From contig OY970196.1 of NCBI GenBank assembly GCA_963708205.1, forward strand, positions 2,388,242-2,452,241: DNA of 64,000 bases, in the 5' to 3' direction. A model generated the notes under the pieces. The model did not search any database, was not told where the DNA came from, and was given only the letters and a program-made list of their open reading frames with translations. The position numbers and the translations under genes were made by a program. Below, one piece after another: positions 57,349-64,000 of the stretch. This DNA comes from an uncultured Chitinophagaceae bacterium. Lineage in GTDB: Bacteria > Bacteroidota > Bacteroidia > Chitinophagales > Chitinophagaceae. Each line of letters starts with the position of its first letter. Position 1 is the stretch's first letter.

Positions 57349-57864
57349 ATGAACAATGAATTTACAATGAACAACAAAAATTCTATTTCAACAATTGGCA
57401 TTACTCAAACCGGTCACCATTATTGGGTTGGGCTTTGCGCAAACGGCATTGATTATTTCGCCGGACAAACTTTCAAAACAACAAAAAACGGCACGCTGAA
57501 AACAATCCGCATTTTACCTGAAGTAATTTATGGTGAAACAGATGCGTTGCTTAGTGTTTTTGAAATGGATGAAAAGCATACGTGGAAAGAAAAAAAAGGT
57601 GAATGCCATTTGATGCTTGATAAAAAAATGGAAAAGCAATGGGTTGGTTTTGAAATGAATGACGTGATCCTTGAAAACAATAAAGAGTACGGATTTAAAA
57701 TAAGTTGTAATCATGGCGGAATGATGGCAATTGCAGAATGCTCCTGGAAAAACCAGGATCCATATCCTGATGGTGTGCAATGGATCGGTTCGTCAGAAAA
57801 TCCGGAAGGAAATTTTCATCCGCGTTGGGACCTTGCTTTTACGGCAGATATTGAGGCTAATTAA
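57349..57864 (+). CDS. Hypothetical protein (171 aa)
   Basis: ORF with an ATG start and no recognised motifs. Its stop overlaps the convergent dehydrogenase stop by 4 nt. Confidence 0.5.
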   Translation: MNNEFTMNNKNSISTIGITQTGHHYWVGLCANGIDYFAGQTFKTTKNGTLKTIRILPEVIYGETDALLSVFEMDEKHTWKEKKGECHLMLDKKMEKQWVGFEMNDVILENNKEYGFKISCNHGGMMAIAECSWKNQDPYPDGVQWIGSSENPEGNFHPRWDLAFTADIEAN

Positions 57865-58781
57865 ATGCCTAATTTATCAAGAACAATTTTAGCCATTAAG
57901 TAAAAAGCTTCATGGCTATAGCCTGCTATGTGCGGTGTTATTATTACATTTTTTTGATTTTTTAAAAAATCAAATTGCTCTTGTTCCTTTTGTGTAAAGG
58001 ATAAGAGCTTTTCATTTTCCAAAACATCCAAGCCGGCAGCAGCAATTTTATTATTTTGTAAAGCATCTATCAAAGCAGCTGTGTCAGTGACTTTACCGCG
58101 ACATGCTGTAAGAAAATAAGGTTGTCTTTGAAGGGCATCAAAAAAAGATTTATTGGCATAATGAAATGTTTCTTCGGTTAACGGCAAATGCAAACTCACA
58201 ACATCGGCATAGCGTAACACCTGTTCTAAACTTGCTTCACGAACATACTCTTTAGCAAAGCCGAATTCGTATTTGTCATGCGCCAAAACTGTCACATCAA
58301 ATGGTGCAAGTAATTTTGCAAAAGCGCTGCCTGTATTGCCAAACCCAATAATACCAACAGTTTTACCGCTTAATTCTGTTCCGCGATTCGCATCGCGTAC
58401 CCATTCATTTTGTTTTACTTCATCAAAGCTTGAAGATATTTTCTTCAGCAGATTCAACAACAACCCTAAACTATGTTCTGCGACTGCATTGCGGTTTCCT
58501 TCCGGACTGCTTTCGCATTTTATATTTTTTGATGTTGCATAGTCAACATCAATTAATTCCATTCCGCTTCCCAATCTTCCTATCCATTTTAAGTTGGTTG
58601 CAGTGTCAATTATATTTTTATCAATTTGCAATCTTGTGGTTACAATTAATCCATTCGCATCCGGAATTATTACTTGTAATTGCTCATAAGTAATGTTGGG
58701 TTCATAAATAACCTCATAATTATTTTGCTGCAATCTTTCAATTAAATAATCCGGAACTTTTGCGGTGATTATAGCTTTCAT
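57861..58781 (-). CDS. NAD-dependent D-isomer-specific 2-hydroxyacid dehydrogenase family protein (phosphoglycerate dehydrogenase-like)
   Basis: [20 protein letters not shown] Rossmann motif, then LTACRGKV and TPHIAGYS catalytic-region patterns. Confidence 0.85.
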   Translation of the reverse strand: MKAIITAKVPDYLIERLQQNNYEVIYEPNITYEQLQVIIPDANGLIVTTRLQIDKNIIDTATNLKWIGRLGSGMELIDVDYATSKNIKCESSPEGNRNAVAEHSLGLLLNLLKKISSSFDEVKQNEWVRDANRGTELSGKTVGIIGFGNTGSAFAKLLAPFDVTVLAHDKYEFGFAKEYVREASLEQVLRYADVVSLHLPLTEETFHYANKSFFDALQRQPYFLTACRGKVTDTAALIDALQNNKIAAAGLDVLENEKLLSFTQKEQEQFDFLKNQKNVIITPHIAGYSHEAFYLMAKIVLDKLGI

Positions 58782-59545
58782 TTCATTTTAAAAGTTAAGG
58801 CTGCAAAATCTTCTATACTTAATTGTTCTGCGCGTTTATTAAAAATATCATTTTTTAAAATGTCTACATCAAACAAGTTTTTTACTGCATTGCGAAGCAT
58901 TTTTCTTCTTTGATTAAATGCAGTTTTTACAAGTTCGAAAAAACATTTTTCATTTTTAAAAACTAATCTTTCATCTTTTAATTTTAGTTTAATTACGCCG
59001 CTCATTACTTTAGGAGGTGGTTTAAAAGATGAAGGTTGAACATCAAATAAATATTCAACAGAATAAAAAGCCTGTACAAGCACACTCAAAATTCCATAAG
59101 TTTTATTGCCCGGTTTTCCAGCAATTCGCATCGCAACTTCCTTTTGAAACATGCCGATCAAGGCCGGAACATTTTCCTTCCATTCAATAATTTTAAAAAG
59201 TATTTGAGAAGAAATGTTGTAAGGGAAATTTCCGATCACAATAAAATTTCCTTCAAAAGGCGCATCAATATTGAGAAAATCTGCATGGATGATCTTGCCT
59301 TTAATTGAGGGGAATTTATCCAAAAGATAATTTATTTTTTCTTCATCAAGTTCTACTGCTTTAAAATTTATATTTTTTAACTGTAGAATATATTTCGTAA
59401 TCGCACCAGCACCGGGACCAATTTCGAGTAATTGTTGCAGTTGTGTTTCATCAAGAAGTTGTTGCAATGCATTTATAATTTTTTTACAAACATTTTCATC
59501 TTTCAAAAAATGTTGACCCAAAGATTTTTTAAGTGTGTATTGCAT
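58778..59545 (-). CDS. rsmA: 16S rRNA (adenine1518/1519-N6)-dimethyltransferase
   Basis: [19 protein letters not shown] (SAM motif) and [10 protein letters not shown] prefer the start at ATG 59545. It overlaps the downstream dehydrogenase start by 4 nt. Confidence 0.92.
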   Translation of the reverse strand: MQYTLKKSLGQHFLKDENVCKKIINALQQLLDETQLQQLLEIGPGAGAITKYILQLKNINFKAVELDEEKINYLLDKFPSIKGKIIHADFLNIDAPFEGNFIVIGNFPYNISSQILFKIIEWKENVPALIGMFQKEVAMRIAGKPGNKTYGILSVLVQAFYSVEYLFDVQPSSFKPPPKVMSGVIKLKLKDERLVFKNEKCFFELVKTAFNQRRKMLRNAVKNLFDVDILKNDIFNKRAEQLSIEDFAALTFKMK

Positions 59546-59617
59546 TAGAGCAAATGTACTGAAAGGTAAAAACGCAAACAGTTGAGCCATTCAATTCTTA
59601 TTTTTACAAAAAAATAA

Positions 59618-60712
59618 ATGAGTAACGAATTACAAAAGCCTGTTATCGGTTTTACTTGCGGAGATATTAATGGCATTGGTATAGAATTGATTTTAAAATC
59701 ACTTAGCAACAACCAAATATTTGATATGTGCATTCCTGTGATTTTTGCAAATAATAAATGCCTGAATTTTTATAAAAAATCAATGCCTGAAATAAATTTT
59801 TCTTTCGTTGTTATTAAAGATTTTTCAAGGCTTAATCCAAAGCAAATAAATATTTTTAATTGCTGGGAAAATGAAGTTGTTATTACGCCTGGCATACTAA
59901 ATGAAACGGGCGGCAAGTATGCCTTGCTTTCTTTGCAGGCAGCTGTGCATGCATTAAAAGACAATCACATTGATGGTTTAATTACTGCACCAATTCATAA
60001 AAAAAATATTCAATCACAAAATTTCAATTACACAGGTCACACACCTTATTTAAAAGCAATCTTCAATGTGCCTGATGTTGTAATGTTGCTTGCGGCCTCA
60101 AACCTGCGCGTAGCAGTCGTTACAGAGCATGTGCCAATTAGTGATGTAGCAAAATTCATATCAAAAGAATTAATTTTGAGTAAATTAAAAATTTTGAATT
60201 TCAGCTTGCAAAAAGATTTCGGAATTGAAAAACCAAAGATTGCTGTACTCGGTTTAAATCCGCATGCAGGCGATGAAGGACTTGTTGGCAAGGAAGAAGA
60301 AACAATTATAAAACCTGCAATAAAAGATGCGAAGCAACAAAATATTTTTTCATTTGGTCCCTATAGCGCTGATGCTTTTTTTGCGCGCGGCATGTATGAA
60401 AATTTTGATGCCGTGCTTGCAATGTATCACGATCAGGGTTTGATACCATTTAAATCACTTGCGATTGGCGAAGGAGTCAATTACACTGCAGGTTTGCCTG
60501 CGGTTCGCACGAGTCCCGATCACGGTACTGCGTTTGATATTGCAGGAAAAAATATTGCAGATCCTTCATCATTTTTAGCCGCAACTTTTGAATGCATTGA
60601 TATTATTCGAAGAAGAAATTCGTATGAAGAAAATCATAAAAATCCTTTGCGAAAAATAAGCGATCGTGTTTTGGCAAATGTTGAAGATGAAAAGATTGAA
60701 GATGAGAGATAA
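59618..60712 (+). CDS. pdxA: 4-hydroxythreonine-4-phosphate dehydrogenase
   Basis: GDINGIG, GHTPYL, NPHAGDEG, AMYHDQGLIPFK and TSPDHGTAFDIAG. Confidence 0.93.
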   Translation: MSNELQKPVIGFTCGDINGIGIELILKSLSNNQIFDMCIPVIFANNKCLNFYKKSMPEINFSFVVIKDFSRLNPKQINIFNCWENEVVITPGILNETGGKYALLSLQAAVHALKDNHIDGLITAPIHKKNIQSQNFNYTGHTPYLKAIFNVPDVVMLLAASNLRVAVVTEHVPISDVAKFISKELILSKLKILNFSLQKDFGIEKPKIAVLGLNPHAGDEGLVGKEEETIIKPAIKDAKQQNIFSFGPYSADAFFARGMYENFDAVLAMYHDQGLIPFKSLAIGEGVNYTAGLPAVRTSPDHGTAFDIAGKNIADPSSFLAATFECIDIIRRRNSYEENHKNPLRKISDRVLANVEDEKIEDER

Positions 60713-60799
60713 TTTTGGTTGTCGCCTTCAGAATATCCATTTCACTTTACTTGCGACGCTCCATTCATGTTTCTCTTTACTATTAAACTTTTTTTGTTT

Positions 60800-61672
60800 A
60801 TGCTTTATAAAATAGAAAATGAAAAATTAATTGTAACCATTGCAACAAAAGGTGCAGAACTGCAAAGCCTTACGAATAAAGAAACACAGCTTGAATATTT
60901 GTGGAATGGAGATGCAAAGTTTTGGGCAAAAAGAAGTCCGGTTTTATTTCCAATTGTTGGGTCACTAAAAAATAATTCTTATGAATACAAGGGAAAAAAA
61001 TATTCATTAAGCCGTCATGGTTTTGCGCGTGATATGCAATTTGAACTCGCATCTCAAACTAATGAAAGCATTAGTTTTTTTATAACTGATACAAAAGAAA
61101 CATTTTCAAATTATCCTTTTCATTTCAAGTTCCTGATCAAATATTCTTTACAGCAAAATAATTTAATTGTAGAATATATTATTGAGAATATTGGCAACGA
61201 AACAATGTATTTTTCTGTCGGAGCTCATCCTGCTTTCAAAATTCCGCTTGTAAAAGAAACATCATTTGAAGATTATTTTTTAGGGTTTAATCACGTAGAG
61301 AATGCAGGCCAATACAAGCTTTCGGCGGATGGATTAACGCAGGAAAATGCTGTTTCATTTTTAGATGATACTAATAAATTAGCCCTGAAGAAATCTTTAT
61401 TTTATGAAGATGCTTTGGTATTTAAAAATTTAAAATCAGATGCTGTTGCAATAAAAAGTTTGAAAACAAATCATGGACTAACGATGTATTTTTCAGGCTT
61501 CCCTTATTTTGGCATTTGGAATGCAAAAGACGCTGACTTTATTTGCCTTGAGCCTTGGTGTGGCATTACAGACAATATAAATACTTCAGGTAATTTGAAA
61601 GATAAAGAAGGAATAAATTCTCTTCAGCTTTTTGCAACTTTTAATAAAAAGTGGAAGGTGCAAGTTTATTAA
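60800..61672 (+). CDS. Aldose 1-epimerase (galactose mutarotase-like) family protein
   Basis: LWNGDAKFWAKRSPVLFPIVG, HGFAR, GAHPAF and CLEPW. I prefer the start at ATG 60800. Confidence 0.8.
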   Translation: MLYKIENEKLIVTIATKGAELQSLTNKETQLEYLWNGDAKFWAKRSPVLFPIVGSLKNNSYEYKGKKYSLSRHGFARDMQFELASQTNESISFFITDTKETFSNYPFHFKFLIKYSLQQNNLIVEYIIENIGNETMYFSVGAHPAFKIPLVKETSFEDYFLGFNHVENAGQYKLSADGLTQENAVSFLDDTNKLALKKSLFYEDALVFKNLKSDAVAIKSLKTNHGLTMYFSGFPYFGIWNAKDADFICLEPWCGITDNINTSGNLKDKEGINSLQLFATFNKKWKVQVY

Positions 61673-61682
61673 TTGCAATCAT

Positions 61683-62063
61683 CTATTTATCAAACCACAC
61701 TTTCGTTTTATCATTCGGACTTGCATTATAATTTATAAATAATTCTTCATCTTTTTTTATATCTCGCACAGTTTTTATAGTAATGGTATTTTCTTCAAAA
61801 TCCATTTCATACTCACAATTTGCATCATAATCATGATTATACATAGACACATAACCCATGCCCAGTGCAGCTTTGCGATGATTGTTTCCCCATTCGAAAA
61901 TATAATTCATAAGAATTGTCTTCTCAATTAATTGACGATCTTTTATACTCATGGCAAGTACCGGCGAAACTTCTATTACAGTTTCTGCTTTAATATTTTT
62001 ATTTGCAAAAACTCCTCGTCCGCTTTTTGTGCTTTGTGCAATCCTTAAATGTTGAAATATCAT
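61683..62063 (-). CDS. SET domain protein (putative protein-lysine methyltransferase)
   Basis: SGRGVFA, MYNHDYDANCEY and EELFINY are the SET core motifs. I prefer the start at ATG 62063. Confidence 0.75.
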   Translation of the reverse strand: MIFQHLRIAQSTKSGRGVFANKNIKAETVIEVSPVLAMSIKDRQLIEKTILMNYIFEWGNNHRKAALGMGYVSMYNHDYDANCEYEMDFEENTITIKTVRDIKKDEELFINYNASPNDKTKVWFDK

Positions 62064-62152
62064 TTTATTAATTAAATTTAAAAAAAAGAAAAAATACAAA
62101 TCTATTGGTATGATTTGATTTTTCAACGGACTCAAATAATTAATTTGCAGCT

Positions 62153-63559
62153 ATGAGTAATGAACTTGAAGAAATAAATTTGAAAGAATTGTTTGAGCCA
62201 ATTATTGCCCGCAATGATAAGCATGAAATACGTGCTTTTTTAAATGAACAAAATATCAGTGATGTCGCAGATATTATTTACGAATTTCCTGATCATGAAG
62301 CAGATATAATCAACAGCATGGCTACGCACAGAGCTGCGAGCGTATTCAAGATTTTAGATATTGGCGTACAAAAAAATATTGTAAAAAAATTGTCTGCTCA
62401 TAAAACTGCTGAACTGCTTAACGAATTACCGCCTGATGATCGAACAGATTTTCTGAAAGATCTTTCTATGAAAGCGCTACGCGATTTAATAAAATTATTA
62501 GATCCTGAAGAAAGAAAAATTACATTGTCTTCGCTTGGTTATCCGGAAGACAGCGTTGGCAGATTAATGACGCCTGATTACGTGTACGTTTATCCGCATA
62601 ATACTGTTGAAGAAGCTTTTCAAATAATAAGAAAAGTTGGAAAAAATAGTGAAACGATAGATGTAATTTATGTGATTGACGAAAAAGGTGAATTACTTGA
62701 TGATATACGGATAAGAGATTTGATACTGGCGAGTCCTGATAAACTGATAAAAGATATTTGTGATGGAAGATGGGTTGCGCTGAATGTTGATGATGACCAG
62801 GAACATGCAAGCCAGATTTTTAAAATGAATAATCGTGTGGCTTTGCCGGTAACAGATGACAATAATATTTTAATGGGAATTGTCACCATTGACGATATGC
62901 TTTGGGTAGCCAATGAAGAGTTCAGCGAAGACATACAAAAAATTGGTGGTACTGAAGCGCTGGATGAGCCTTATTTATTTACTCCATTTTTAAAGCTGAT
63001 TCAAAAAAGGGCTGGCTGGCTGATCATTTTATTTTTAAGTGAAATGCTTACTGCTACTGCAATGGCATATTTTAATGATGAGGTGGCAAAGGCAACAGTT
63101 TTAGCCATGTTCATTCCATTAATTATGTCAAGTGGCGGAAACAGTGGTTCTCAGGCTTCATCTTTAATTATACAGGCGATGGCAGTTGGTGAAGTGAAGT
63201 TGTCTGATTGGTGGCGTGTAATGAGAAGAGAAATTTCATCAGGTTTTTTACTAGGAAGTATTTTGGGAATTATAGGCTTTTTGAGAATAACGCTTTGGCA
63301 CGAACTTATGATTCATGGCGTAATCGGAGATCTGTATGGAATATACTGGATGCGCATTGCTTTTGTTATAGGTGTAGCACTGGTTGGTGTGGTGTTGTGG
63401 GGAACTTTTGCGGGATCTATGTTGCCCATTATATTAAAAAAATCAGGTGCCGATCCTGCTGCTGCTTCTGCACCTTTTGTTGCTACGTTAGTAGATGTAA
63501 CGGGAATTATAATTTATTTTAGTGTTGCTTATATCTTTCTGAAAGGATATTTATTATAG
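62153..63559 (+). CDS. mgtE: Magnesium transporter MgtE
   Basis: N-domain, tandem CBS region, and a TM domain with SSGGNSGSQ and PFVATLVDVTG. Confidence 0.95.
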   Translation: MSNELEEINLKELFEPIIARNDKHEIRAFLNEQNISDVADIIYEFPDHEADIINSMATHRAASVFKILDIGVQKNIVKKLSAHKTAELLNELPPDDRTDFLKDLSMKALRDLIKLLDPEERKITLSSLGYPEDSVGRLMTPDYVYVYPHNTVEEAFQIIRKVGKNSETIDVIYVIDEKGELLDDIRIRDLILASPDKLIKDICDGRWVALNVDDDQEHASQIFKMNNRVALPVTDDNNILMGIVTIDDMLWVANEEFSEDIQKIGGTEALDEPYLFTPFLKLIQKRAGWLIILFLSEMLTATAMAYFNDEVAKATVLAMFIPLIMSSGGNSGSQASSLIIQAMAVGEVKLSDWWRVMRREISSGFLLGSILGIIGFLRITLWHELMIHGVIGDLYGIYWMRIAFVIGVALVGVVLWGTFAGSMLPIILKKSGADPAAASAPFVATLVDVTGIIIYFSVAYIFLKGYLL

Positions 63560-63650
63560 CCGTTCGATTTCCGAATAATATTTAATCCAATTATTATTTG
63601 CAATAAAAGTAGTGATTGATTTCTCTCATCAAGTCAATAAAAGTTGATAC

Positions 63651-63682
63651 AAAAAAAGCCGCTCAAATTATTTTGAACGGCT
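63651..63682 (-). terminator. Intrinsic terminator of the OmpA-like gene (may also serve mgtE)
   Basis: The minus strand reads agccgttcaaa-ataa-tttgagcggct (one mismatch) followed by ttttttt. Confidence 0.75.
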
Positions 63683-63704
63683 TGATATTTATAATTACGA
63701 GTTG

Positions 63705-64000
63705 TTATTTGCTTTTCTGCAAGTTTGGATGTGGTGCAGGAACTGTGTTCGGTCCATCTTCGGTTGTACCCTGAAGATCAACTGTATTTGCATCACCGCT
63801 TTGTCCATAAGTGAAGATCATGCGATTTTCTGAAATACCTTGTTTGCTTACAAGATAATTAATAACAGCATTTACACGATCCCAGCTTAATTGTTGAGCA
63901 GATTTGCTTGAAGCGCCATAGCCAATCACTTTTACTTTGCAGTCAGGATTTGCATTTATTTGAGAGGCAGCACTTGCAAGTAATGCCTGAGCATCTTTGC
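63705..64000 (-). CDS. OmpA-like C-terminal domain protein, C-terminal part only; the 5' end runs off the right window edge
   Basis: I extended the track ORF by hand. The frame stays open to 64000 (...KDAQALLASAASQINANPDCKVKVIGYGASSKSAQQLSWDRVNAVINYLVSKQGISENRM), a peptidoglycan-binding OmpA/MotB-like pattern. Confidence 0.7.
   Translation of the reverse strand, partial: KDAQALLASAASQINANPDCKVKVIGYGASSKSAQQLSWDRVNAVINYLVSKQGISENRMIFTYGQSGDANTVDLQGTTEDGPNTVPAPHPNLQKSK

Noticed and set aside
1-64000. I scanned the whole window for CRISPR arrays, tRNA/rRNA genes, transposases, integrases, toxin-antitoxin pairs and known defence-system genes.
   Set aside because: I found no spaced direct-repeat arrays, no tRNA-like T-arm (GGTTCGAATCC-type) sequences in intergenic regions, and no ORF with recombinase, nuclease or defence signatures I could recognise. 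The scan was by eye only, so short or divergent elements could have been missed.

Overview
This is a low-GC chromosomal window; 60-nt lines I counted by hand in backbone genes (25% and 43%) fall in a roughly 25-45% G+C range. It looks like Bacteroidota, Chitinophagia/Sphingobacteriia-like. It holds about 60 densely packed protein genes. I recognised no rRNA, tRNA, CRISPR array, transposase or integrase. Most content is housekeeping or core metabolism: sppA, folK, gcvP, pdxJ, pdxA, rsmA, ltaE, pgi, ffh, coaX, lptC, ruvC, greA, mgtE. There is also a TolC-MFP-RND efflux operon next to an ECF sigma/anti-sigma pair, glycogen-related genes, an oxidative-stress cluster (Mn catalase, DsbA-like) and a six-gene glycosyltransferase cluster. 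I found no recognisable defence, secretion or phage system. Six things seem most worth follow-up. (1) A single amino-acid permease gene is bracketed by ~58-bp inverted repeats (41349-42987). (2) A GC-rich two-gene islet (DUF6266-like plus a coiled-coil protein) is preceded by a phased 5 x 11-bp tandem array (about 1500-3000). (3) A regulator with DUF4242, degenerate-cyclase and AraC domains is paired with a secreted DUF4242 paralogue and a candidate direct-repeat operator (38015-39641). (4) A heptad-repeat element (TTGAnAA)n sits immediately after the stop codons of two unrelated genes. (5) A GT35 phosphorylase homologue has Thr at the position of the PLP-binding lysine. (6) A terminator-like hairpin lies in the greA leader. 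All family assignments come from reading the translated ORFs and from motif memory, not from database searches. Several track ORFs begin at TTG/GTG codons, and I moved starts to the first plausible ATG where that seemed better.
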